A stretch of DNA of 64,000 bases from Candidatus Cloacimonadales bacterium (GTDB taxonomy: Bacteria > Cloacimonadota > Cloacimonadia > Cloacimonadales > JAFGVF01), in assembly GCA_963662585.1 (NCBI GenBank), contig OY759729.1, forward strand, positions 1,248,001 to 1,312,000, read 5' to 3'. The notes under the pieces were generated by a model. The model worked only from the letters and a program-made list of their open reading frames with translations, did no database searches and was not told the origin of the DNA. This document shows positions 1 to 8,865 of the stretch, one piece after another; within the stretch, counting starts at the first letter, position 1; each line of letters begins with the position of its first letter. The position numbers and the translations under genes are program-made.

Positions 1-397
1 TATGTCCTGGAGTGTGAATAACTGTAAAGGAACTATTACCTATTTTAATCACATCTCCTTCATTAAGAAGAATGTCAGCTTGGGGAGAAACAATATCATC
101 TCCCATAAAGGCACTTAAATTCTTCTTGCTATCTAACAACATGGCTTGATCATTACTGTGAATCATTATCGGACACTCGAATTTCCTTTTAAAATAAGCA
201 TTACCCCCAATATGATCTGCATGGCCATGAGTATTAATTAAATATTTGACTTTCAAGCCCAGTTTATTAATTTCATTGTATAATTCCGAAGAAGTTTTAC
301 CTGGGTCAATCAACATAGCTTCTTTACTATCTTCATCCCAAACGAGTATGGTATTAGTTCCAAACTCAGGTAGGATATTAAAAATTTTATATTTCAT
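1..397 (-). CDS. MBL-fold metallo-hydrolase (glyoxalase II-like), runs off window start
   Basis: Not in ORF track; manual translation from ATG at 397: MKYKIFNILPEFGTNTILVWDEDSKEAMLIDPG...NTHGHADHIGG...IHTPGH (HxHxDH and HTPGH motifs). Confidence 0.9.
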   Translation of the reverse strand, partial: MKYKIFNILPEFGTNTILVWDEDSKEAMLIDPGKTSSELYNEINKLGLKVKYLINTHGHADHIGGNAYFKRKFECPIMIHSNDQAMLLDSKKNLSAFMGDDIVSPQADILLNEGDVIKIGNSSFTVIHTPGH

Positions 398-409
398 CTT
401 CTATTCCTA

Positions 410-1399
410 TTATCTATTGATTAGTAATTTATCTAACTCTTCTCTTGGTAATGGAGAAACTTCTATTTTATTAGTTAACTTGAACTTTTCTCCGTACTCT
501 ACTTCTGCAGTTGGACTTTCTAATTTATTTATATAGCTAAGTATAACTCTTCCAGCTAATTTAATCTGATCTATAGTTACATCTTCTCCTAACAATACGC
601 CTAAAGGTCCAGCAATATCTACAGCTTTGATAACTAGCTCATCCTCCAATCTTGGAGTTATATAGTCACTTTCATACTTTGTTCTGGTGACTATTAGCAA
701 TAAGTTTTCAGAGATTCTGACTCTTCTTCCCTGCTGGAGAAACTTTAAATAGCGAGGACTAAGCTGATCGTACTCTAATAAATCTGCTACTTTTTGCGAT
801 ACCTGTCTGTCTGTCAGTAAGCACCCACCTCCAGGCATCTCAAAATCTTTTAACTTATACTCTTCTGCCATAGCTAACTGACGGTGTCGTCCTCGACCTT
901 GAAAATCTAACATTTCTTCTTTATTTACCCAACCTTCTGTAATTGGCTTAGTATCAGGAATAAATTTTTGACATAATGGACGAACTAACAGTTCTTTAAC
1001 ACCACTGAGTTTTGCCACAGCATTCATTGCATCTTGTCGCTGAGACATTGGTCTCTGACCTAAAACTTCACCACTTATGATAAAGTCTGCATTAAATTTT
1101 TCTAGCATTTCAGCTGCTTTTCGAAACATCATCCCATGACAATCTATACAAGGGTTCATGTGTTTGCCAAAGCCATAGCGTGGATTTTTGATAACTTCTA
1201 TCAAATCCTTAGTAATATCTACAATTTCTATCTTCAAACCTGCAACCTTAGCTCCATGACGAGCCTTTGTTGCCGGATAAAATGGACTTTCAAAAAATAT
1301 AGGAACTACTTCATATCCTAATTTCTGCATATATAGTACAGCTAACATACTATCTAAACCACCTGAGAATAGAGCTATTGCTTTTCGTTCTCTCTTCAT
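410..1399 (-). CDS. PP-loop tRNA thiolation enzyme (ThiI/MnmA-like, no THUMP domain)
   Basis: SGGLDS PP-loop, CIDCH, GEVLGQRPMSQ, GGGCLLT; start moved to ATG 1399 behind an AGGAG RBS. Confidence 0.8.
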   Translation of the reverse strand: MKRERKAIALFSGGLDSMLAVLYMQKLGYEVVPIFFESPFYPATKARHGAKVAGLKIEIVDITKDLIEVIKNPRYGFGKHMNPCIDCHGMMFRKAAEMLEKFNADFIISGEVLGQRPMSQRQDAMNAVAKLSGVKELLVRPLCQKFIPDTKPITEGWVNKEEMLDFQGRGRHRQLAMAEEYKLKDFEMPGGGCLLTDRQVSQKVADLLEYDQLSPRYLKFLQQGRRVRISENLLLIVTRTKYESDYITPRLEDELVIKAVDIAGPLGVLLGEDVTIDQIKLAGRVILSYINKLESPTAEVEYGEKFKLTNKIEVSPLPREELDKLLINR

Positions 1400-1679
1400 T
1401 AAGTCTCCTACATTATTATTCATCTATCTTTCGTGGATAAGTTATTCTTTATGATTTGACTCCCCACTCTTTATCTGACAACTTTTCTACCCTCAAATTT
1501 TGTCAAGAAGATAAAATATTTTGCATTCTATAGATATATTATTCTGAAATTAACTTGACAGATTACTTAAACCTATAAATATTAGACTATGGGTTTATTA
1601 AAAATGCCAATGTGTGAATTTATATTATTACATATAGTATTTCCCATAAAATAATTTAAAACTTTAAAGGAAAGAAGTT

Positions 1680-2333
1680 ATGCAAAAAGAGATGTCAGAG
1701 AGAAAGCAACGAGAATTTGATTTAAGAAGAACCTTCATTATTGATACTGCTGAAAAACTATTTTATGAATTCGGTTATGAATCAGTAACCCTAAATCAAT
1801 TAGCTGAAGCAGTTCATTATACCAAAGCTACTCTCTACACCTACCTTTGTTGCAAAGATGAAATCTACCTAGAAGTCTATTGTCGTGGCTTTGAGAAAAG
1901 AACTGAATACCTATACCAAAACATGAAACACTGCGATACTGGCTTTGAAGAAATTAAGAATTTTGGCCAAGCCTATTTTAACTTCTATCAAGAGAATCCT
2001 GAAATCCTCTTCCACCAACAATATTTAGATTTTAGACCTTTAGAATATGACAAATTACCTCAACACCTCGTTGATAGATTTATGGGATTAAATGAAAAAA
2101 GTTCAAAACTTATTATCGATGCACTGCAAAAAGGTATCGACGATGGATCAATCAAATCAGACCTCAAAATAGATTATTTCCTCGGGCAATTGGTGCTTAC
2201 TCTTAGAGCTTGTGCCTCAGCAGTTGTAAGTCATAAAAGAACTGTTCTCAATCAGCCATTCTCTGATGAAACAAACACTAAATGGTATAATAGTTATTTA
2301 GAACTATTGCTTAATGCTATTAGGGGAAGATAA
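1680..2333 (+). CDS. TetR/AcrR family transcriptional regulator
   Basis: N-terminal HTH AEKLFYEFGYESVTLNQLAEAVHYTKATLYTY; C-terminal GIDDGSIKSD. Confidence 0.9.
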   Translation: MQKEMSERKQREFDLRRTFIIDTAEKLFYEFGYESVTLNQLAEAVHYTKATLYTYLCCKDEIYLEVYCRGFEKRTEYLYQNMKHCDTGFEEIKNFGQAYFNFYQENPEILFHQQYLDFRPLEYDKLPQHLVDRFMGLNEKSSKLIIDALQKGIDDGSIKSDLKIDYFLGQLVLTLRACASAVVSHKRTVLNQPFSDETNTKWYNSYLELLLNAIRGR

Positions 2334-2368
2334 GAATTAAGAATTAAGAATTAAAAATTGAGAATTTA
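2334..2368 (+). repeat. Heptamer tandem repeat (GAATTAA/GAATTGA)x5 directly after TetR stop
   Basis: taa gaattaa gaattaa gaattaa aaattga gaattta. Confidence 0.85.
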
Positions 2369-2667
2369 AAGAAAGATGAATATATCCACTAATTTCACGA
2401 ATTAAGAAAATATCACCAAGGGATAAAATAGATTAGCCCAGGGTCTCATTTTTGGAAGAAAAATTGACCCTGGGTATGGCAAACCAATATTCGTGTAACC
2501 CTGTAAGGGTTTTATAGAGAAAATAATAGTTGCTAAAAAATCGGTCAAATTATTTAGGACTGAATATTGAAGAAAGATTTTCACGAGAATTAAGAAAACC
2601 CTTAACACAGGGTTTCACAAGAGTTTTAAGACAAGTCTCACGAAGTTTTAAGAATGTGTAATGGCCT

Positions 2668-2738
2668 CTTAAACTCCCCCCTTTAGTGCTGAAAGCACGA
2701 TAAAAGAGGGGTGGCATCTTTAGATGACGGGGTGTTTA
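2668..2738 (-). repeat. ~70-bp hairpin repeat module; inverted copy of 29523-29592
   Basis: Reverse complement matches taaacacc..gccacccctcttttatcgtgctttcagcactaaag.gggga.tttaag at 29523-29592. Confidence 0.9.
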
Positions 2739-2868
2739 TCTTAGATGTATGGCAATACTCCTCAACAAATCCCAGCGGGATGAAATCTAATAGGGAGTGT
2801 TCGCAAGGCACTCTAAGAGTATCCGCCCGAAAGTGATGGGCCGAATTAGCAGACAAGGAATATCAGCT

Positions 2869-3258
2869 ATGAAAAAAAATATTATTTTAACAAAAAGCTT
2901 TAGTTTTGCGGTAAGAATTATTAAAATGTGTCAATATCTGCAACAAGAAAAGCATGAATATATATTATCAAAATAAATTTTAAGAAGTGGAACTTCAATA
3001 GGGGCATCTATCAGAGAATCTCAGCATGCAGAAAGCAATAAAGATTTTGTTCATAAACTAAGCATAGCTTTGAAAGAAGCAAATGAGACTGATTACTGGC
3101 TGTTATTACTGAAAGAAGGGAATTATTTAACTAAGGAACAATATCAAAGTATATATCCAGAAATTAATGAAATTATTAGCTTATTAGTATCAATTGTTAA
3201 ATCTACAAAGAAAAACCACGATTTAGAAGAAGATTTTGCAGACTATGAAGAGAATTGA
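2869..3258 (+). pseudogene. Four-helix-bundle protein (23S rRNA IVP / TIGR02436-type) with in-frame nonsense codon
   Basis: MKKNIILTKSFSFAVRIIKMCQYLQQEKHEYILSK*ILRSGTSIGASIRESQHAESNKDFVHKLSIALKEANETDYWL...; TAA at 2974-2976 sits where the family has Q (QLLRSGTSIGAN). Confidence 0.88.
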
Positions 3259-3495
3259 GAATAAAGAGAAAATCACTATTTAATGTTCAGTCCTAACTAA
3301 TGACCGATTTTTACAACAATTTTCTTATTGTTTCCTGGTTCTCCGCTAACGCTTTGAACCACTCTTGTGGGGTATAATTTCAAGGGGTTACACCTCTTCT
3401 GACGAATACCATCCAGTTGGGAGTTAAGAAATATCAGTGTTTGCACAATGATAGCGGGCAGGGATACCCACATTCCCAGTTAAGAAGTCCTCATC

Positions 3496-3522
3496 TTATT
3501 CTCAATTCTCAATTCTCAATTA
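3496..3522 (-). repeat. Heptamer tandem repeat (GAATTGA)n downstream of FKBP stop
   Basis: + strand ttattc tcaattc tcaattc tcaatta. Confidence 0.8.
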
Positions 3523-3533
3523 TGCATTTCTTC

Positions 3534-3968
3534 TTACATTATCTTCATCAATTCAACTTCGAATTTTAATGTTGCATTAGGTGGTATAACATTACCAGCA
3601 CCTCTTGCACCATAACCTAATTCTGAAGGAATAATAAGAGTTCTAACTTCACCTACTTTCATACCAAGTACGCCTTCTTCCCAACCTTTGATTACTCTAT
3701 TAGCACCAAGTTGGAAAGAAAATGGTTGATCTCTATCCTTTGATGAATCAAACTTTGTTCCATCCATTAACCAACCAGTGTAATGTACTAGAACTTTATC
3801 GCCTTTTTTAGCTTCTAAACCTGAACCTTCAGCATCAACAGTATACTTTAAACCGTTTTCCATAATTATAAATCCTTCTTCAGTATTTTTTTGATCATTA
3901 CCTTTCGCACTACAAGCAAATATTGCAGTAAGTAGAACGACTAACAACAGATAGTTAAGAAATTTCAT
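3534..3968 (-). CDS. FKBP-type peptidyl-prolyl cis-trans isomerase, lipoprotein
   Basis: Lipobox AIFAC; VHYTGWLMDGTKFDSS, VIKGWEEG, IPPNATLKFEVEL. Confidence 0.95.
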   Translation of the reverse strand: MKFLNYLLLVVLLTAIFACSAKGNDQKNTEEGFIIMENGLKYTVDAEGSGLEAKKGDKVLVHYTGWLMDGTKFDSSKDRDQPFSFQLGANRVIKGWEEGVLGMKVGEVRTLIIPSELGYGARGAGNVIPPNATLKFEVELMKIM

Positions 3969-4069
3969 TTTCTCCTTCCTTTCCCTTTTTTTACCAAATT
4001 TATCACTCCTTACTTTTCTGTAAACATAATTCTTGACTAAATTAAGCTAATATTAATTAATAATCTCTT

Positions 4070-5434
4070 ATGAGAAAATATTTAGATACTCCCAAAATAG
4101 ATTATATCTTAACACATCTTAAGTTTAGATGTGACTTTCCTAATGAGCTTAACCAACGCTTGGTTTTCCTCAAACAGGAAGATATTAGTGCTCTTCCAGA
4201 GAATTGCCTTATCTTCCCTTTATCTAATCAAGAGAAAGAGCTGGACTATCAAATTGACAATATTCCCATCTTCTACCCCACTTCACCTAGAATTAATGAA
4301 CATACATATCGAAAAAATACTTCTATAATATTCTCTCATGATATTTTCCAGCAGATATTCTGTCTTCAAACACTCTACTATGAACAAGACCTTAAGGAAA
4401 AAGATAAGCTAGGTAGAATCAAACCTGAAGCTACGCTTAACTTCCAACTAGGATTTCTAAATAGGCCCTTAGTTGATTATCTCTTTGCCATAATAGTTGA
4501 TGTTTTAGAAGACTACTGTCAGATGAATAATATCCCCTTCAAAAGAATTAATTTACTTCCACAACATACATTTTTATTGAGTCATGATGTTGACCGTATA
4601 GAAACTTATTCCTTATATAATACCATTAATTCTGTTAAGCAAGTCTTATTGCAAGCAAACAAGAAGAACTTCACTAGTGCCAAGAAACATATAATAGAAT
4701 ATTTTCGCTTTCAAAATAGAGATAATTCTCTTTGGGATTTCCCTCTCCTGAGAAAGATAGAACAAGAGTTCAATCTGAAATCAACTTATTACTTTTTGAA
4801 TAAAGGTAAGTTGCATCAAGATGCTTATTACTCTCTTACTTCACCTCAGATATTAGCTTTAATAAACACTATTCAAGCTGATCAAAATGAAATAGGCTTA
4901 CACTTAACTATTGCAGGCAATCAAGATGAATCAATAGTCGCTCAAAACTTAGAGAAGCTTAATAAACTTATTAAAGAGAAAATAGTGGGAACTCGTTCTC
5001 ACTGGTTACGCTTTGAAGCAAGGACTACACCTGATATCCTAGAAAAATTGGGCATTATATATGATTCTTCAATAGGACACTATTCTCATGAAGGATTTAG
5101 GTCAGGAACCTGCTTACCATATAAATTATTTAGTTTCAGTCAGAATAGAATACTTAATATCTGGGAATTACCTTTGATTTATATGGACTGCATGATTTTA
5201 GACTATCAAGATATTTCAGAAAGAGAGGCATTAAACAAGTTAAGTGCATTACTTCAAGAAGTAATTAAATTTAAAGGTATTTATTCTGTCTTGTGGCATA
5301 ATGGCAATTTTGCTAATCCACACCCTTATAATCGTTATAAATTTTACCGAAATATTATTAAAATGGTCCTTAGAACTGACCCTTCAAACTTAACAGCTAA
5401 AAGCCTATTAGAATCACTTGAGGAGAGTAAATAA
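4070..5434 (+). CDS. Polysaccharide deacetylase family protein
   Basis: LSHDVD, EIGLH, GTRSHWLRF, YDSS, VLWHN motifs; next to asnB and a flippase. Confidence 0.8.
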   Translation: MRKYLDTPKIDYILTHLKFRCDFPNELNQRLVFLKQEDISALPENCLIFPLSNQEKELDYQIDNIPIFYPTSPRINEHTYRKNTSIIFSHDIFQQIFCLQTLYYEQDLKEKDKLGRIKPEATLNFQLGFLNRPLVDYLFAIIVDVLEDYCQMNNIPFKRINLLPQHTFLLSHDVDRIETYSLYNTINSVKQVLLQANKKNFTSAKKHIIEYFRFQNRDNSLWDFPLLRKIEQEFNLKSTYYFLNKGKLHQDAYYSLTSPQILALINTIQADQNEIGLHLTIAGNQDESIVAQNLEKLNKLIKEKIVGTRSHWLRFEARTTPDILEKLGIIYDSSIGHYSHEGFRSGTCLPYKLFSFSQNRILNIWELPLIYMDCMILDYQDISEREALNKLSALLQEVIKFKGIYSVLWHNGNFANPHPYNRYKFYRNIIKMVLRTDPSNLTAKSLLESLEESK

Positions 5435-5435
5435 T

Positions 5436-7394
5436 ATGTGCGGAATCAGCGGTATCTTTACTTTAGATAAGACCAATATTAATCTTGAAACTCTTCTCAC
5501 TATGAATAATAAAATAAGACATCGTGGACCTGATGATGAAGGTTACTTTATCAGAGCTGTAACTTCTTCTGCTCCACAACTATATTCCGGTGATGATTCA
5601 ACACTTCAGATTAAAAAGCAATATCCTCATGTTAAAGAAAGTTCTCCAAGTAATTTAGCTCTTGGTTTTAGGAGATTATCAATAATAGATCTTAGTGAAC
5701 AAGGTCATCAACCAATGCAAGATGAATCAAAGCGTTTCACAATTGTGTTTAATGGTGAGATTTTTAATTACTTAGAGCTGAGAGAGCAATTAAAAGCTTT
5801 GGGATATATTTTTAAAAGCGATAGTGATACAGAAGTAGTTCTTAATATGTATATTGAGTATAAAGAGAAGTCTTTCAATATGTTTAACGGAATGTGGGCA
5901 CTAGCAATCTGGGATAATAAAAAAGAAGAATTAACTCTTTGTCGAGACCGATGGGGCATCAAACCTCTGTGTTATTATCATGATAAGAAGATATTACTTT
6001 TTGGTTCAGAAGAGAAACAAATAATCTCAACGAGTATAAATATTTCCCCTAATTATGATATGATTTATAGGTATTTAAAGCTTGGTTCCATGGTCAGATA
6101 TAAAGATGAAACTTTTTACCAAGAGATTAAAGTCCTCACACCTGGATCTTATCTGAAAGCTACTCAAGGTACTTTTAGTATATACTCCTACTATGAGATG
6201 GATATAAATAAATTTGAGAAGTATGATAAATCTTTAGAGGAAGCTACTAAAGAGTATCAAAAGCTATTTTCTCAGGCAGTTAAGCTTAGAATGAGATCTG
6301 ATGTAGAGGTAGGTTCTTGTCTAAGTGGAGGATTAGATTCTTCTGCTATTGTAGGCATTGCTTCCCAATCTACTAAGCAAAACTTTAAAACTTTCTCAGC
6401 ATATTATGCTCAGTCAAAAGAATATGACGAACGAAAGTGGATTGATATAGTTAATAACACTTATGGATGCCAGGGACATTTCTTAAGTCCTAGCGATAAA
6501 GAAGTAGCTAAGGAATTTGAAAGAATTACCTATCTTCATGATGCTCCGGTAATTGGCTCTAGTCCTGTTTCTCAATATTTCGTTATGAAAAAAGCACGAG
6601 AGAATGGTATAAGTGTTGTTTTAGATGGGCAAGGTAGTGATGAGATTACAGCCGGATACAATCATGCTTTCTATCGTTATTATGCTGATTTAATAAGACA
6701 AAGAGAGTTTACTCGTTTATCAGCAGAACTCCCCGAGTATCTTCGTTATCAACAAAAGGGTAATTCTCTTACTAAGTTAAGTAAGATACTCTTCACTTTC
6801 ATTTGCAAAGAATCAACTCTCTATAATTATGAGATAAGAAATCTGCATCCTGATGTAATGTTTAGTAGATATCGCAAGGGTATTATCTCTGCGGTAGAAG
6901 ATTTACCTTGCTCAAAACTCTCTAATTTCCAATATAATTTATTAAGAAATATCTTTCTACCTTCCCTGCTACATTTTGAAGATAGAAATTCCATGGCTTT
7001 TTCAGTTGAGAGTAGAGTTCCTTTCTTAGATATTAACTTAGTGGAGTTTGCCTTTTCCCTTCCTTCGCATTATAAAATTCAAGGTGCTCAAGGAAAATAT
7101 ATTCACAGACAAAGTCTAAAGAATATTGTTCCTGAGGCTATCTATAATAGAAAAGATAAAATTAACTTTTCAGCACCAGGTGAAGTAAGCTGGTTAAGAA
7201 AGGCAATGAAAGAGAGTCTTAAGGCTACTTTCAATTCCCCATTCTTTACTAAAAGTAAGCTATTTGATACTATAAAATTAGGTGAGATGGTTCATAACTA
7301 TCTGCTGGGTGAAAATAAACATGCGACCATGATTTGGAAACTTTATGCTCTCGGAATATGGTATAATCTGAATTTTGCAGGAAGTAATGAATAA
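5436..7394 (+). CDS. asnB: Asparagine synthase (glutamine-hydrolysing) family amidotransferase, surface-polysaccharide associated
   Basis: Starts MCGISG (ATG 5436 after AGGAG); HRGPD, RRLSIIDLS, FNGEIFN, LSGGLDSS, ESRVPFLD. Confidence 0.93.
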   Translation: MCGISGIFTLDKTNINLETLLTMNNKIRHRGPDDEGYFIRAVTSSAPQLYSGDDSTLQIKKQYPHVKESSPSNLALGFRRLSIIDLSEQGHQPMQDESKRFTIVFNGEIFNYLELREQLKALGYIFKSDSDTEVVLNMYIEYKEKSFNMFNGMWALAIWDNKKEELTLCRDRWGIKPLCYYHDKKILLFGSEEKQIISTSINISPNYDMIYRYLKLGSMVRYKDETFYQEIKVLTPGSYLKATQGTFSIYSYYEMDINKFEKYDKSLEEATKEYQKLFSQAVKLRMRSDVEVGSCLSGGLDSSAIVGIASQSTKQNFKTFSAYYAQSKEYDERKWIDIVNNTYGCQGHFLSPSDKEVAKEFERITYLHDAPVIGSSPVSQYFVMKKARENGISVVLDGQGSDEITAGYNHAFYRYYADLIRQREFTRLSAELPEYLRYQQKGNSLTKLSKILFTFICKESTLYNYEIRNLHPDVMFSRYRKGIISAVEDLPCSKLSNFQYNLLRNIFLPSLLHFEDRNSMAFSVESRVPFLDINLVEFAFSLPSHYKIQGAQGKYIHRQSLKNIVPEAIYNRKDKINFSAPGEVSWLRKAMKESLKATFNSPFFTKSKLFDTIKLGEMVHNYLLGENKHATMIWKLYALGIWYNLNFAGSNE

Positions 7395-8865
7395 TAATAA
7401 AATTAAGAATACAGCTAAAAACACCATGATTTACAGTATCAGTAATGTCTTGGTAAAGATGTCGGGATTAATTCTACTTCCCCTTTATACTTCTCATATT
7501 TCTTTAGCTCAATATGGACTTCTGGGTTTCTATGAAATTACTTTTGAAGTATTACACTTAATTAGTGGATTAGGTATTGATAATGCCCTTGCTCGTTGGT
7601 ATTGGGATAAAGATTCTCAGTATGAACAGAAAGTAGTAGTCTTTAATGCTGGTTTAGTCTCATTAGTTACGACTTTATTTATAATGACCTTAGGATTTCT
7701 TACTCTAAATGGATTTTCAGAAACCCTTCTTTGGGAGAAACAATCAACTTCTTTAATCTTCTGGTTTATTATTAGTAGTTTGTCTAGAGTATTAATTAGA
7801 CAGCCTCTGTTACTTATGCGAATTCAAGAATTATCTCTTCGGCAGACAATAATCAATATCATAAGAATAATAATTGTTGTGGGCATTAGTTTTATCACTA
7901 TAGCTCATCTAAAACTGGGTTTAACAGGTATTTTTATTGCTGAAACTGTGGCAAACGCAATGGTTCTTCCTTATTTATATAGATACTTTCTAAAAAACAC
8001 TAAGTTCCAGTATAATTATTATCTTATCAAAGAGATGCTTAACTTCTCATTACCTTTAATATTATCCTCAGTATTAGCCCTAGTCTTGACCCTTTCTGAT
8101 AGATACATAATCCAGTTTTTCGGTAACTTTGAGGATACAGGTATCTATACTTTGGCTTATAAAATCTCAAATATAATCAGAATCTTTGTTATCCACTCTT
8201 TTTCTCAGGCCTATATCCCTATCTTTTATAAATATATGCATGATGAAGATAGTAGAAATTTCTATATTAAATCCGTGAGTTACTATACTTTCGTAGCGTC
8301 AATTCTTGCTCTCGGATTAACTATTTTTGGACAGGAAGCTATCCAGATTATTGCCCAATCTTCAGAATATTATGCTGCATATAAACTTCTTCCCTACTTA
8401 GTTATCGGAGTTATCTTTGCAGGACTTAGACAAATCTTAGTACTTCCAATAAATAAACATAAGAAGACTAAAATAATCTCTGTTATAACAATAAGTGCAG
8501 GTGTATTTAATCTTCTCTTAAATATCGCTTTGGTACCAATTATGGGAGCTAGAGGGGCAGCCTTAGCTACAGGACTAGCCAATCTAGGCGTCGTATTTGC
8601 CTACTACTATTTTGTTAATAAATTGGATGGTATTCGCTATGAAGACAAGAAGATTATTAATGCAATATCACTAACAATAATTCTCTCTGCTATGGCTCTT
8701 CTTATAGCAGATATCAATATCTATTATCGTATCCCTATGAAAGTGGGATTATTCTTAAGTTTCCCTCTTATCATGTATCTTACAAAGTTTTATGATAAAG
8801 AAGAGATGCACCAAATTCGCCATGCTATCGGAGAGTTAAAAGAAAAATACCTAAGGAAAAAGTAA
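7387..8865 (+). CDS. Oligosaccharide flippase (Wzx/MOP family)
   Basis: Polytopic membrane protein; LPLYT, SDRYII, GIYTLAYKI, GARGAALAT motifs. Confidence 0.85.
   Translation: MNNNKIKNTAKNTMIYSISNVLVKMSGLILLPLYTSHISLAQYGLLGFYEITFEVLHLISGLGIDNALARWYWDKDSQYEQKVVVFNAGLVSLVTTLFIMTLGFLTLNGFSETLLWEKQSTSLIFWFIISSLSRVLIRQPLLLMRIQELSLRQTIINIIRIIIVVGISFITIAHLKLGLTGIFIAETVANAMVLPYLYRYFLKNTKFQYNYYLIKEMLNFSLPLILSSVLALVLTLSDRYIIQFFGNFEDTGIYTLAYKISNIIRIFVIHSFSQAYIPIFYKYMHDEDSRNFYIKSVSYYTFVASILALGLTIFGQEAIQIIAQSSEYYAAYKLLPYLVIGVIFAGLRQILVLPINKHKKTKIISVITISAGVFNLLLNIALVPIMGARGAALATGLANLGVVFAYYYFVNKLDGIRYEDKKIINAISLTIILSAMALLIADINIYYRIPMKVGLFLSFPLIMYLTKFYDKEEMHQIRHAIGELKEKYLRKK

Noticed and set aside
246..536. 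Short antisense or overlapping ORFs from the track (this and similar 60-130 aa frames)
   Set aside because: They lie opposite or inside well-supported genes and have no recognisable motifs.
2470..2520. c-di-GMP-I riboswitch (GGCAAACC)
   Set aside because: Lacks the downstream GACGCAAA and second stem; it is part of the repeat island.
2974..2976. Stop-codon reassignment (TAA read as Gln)
   Set aside because: TAA terminates many genes normally in this window; a single point mutation is simpler.
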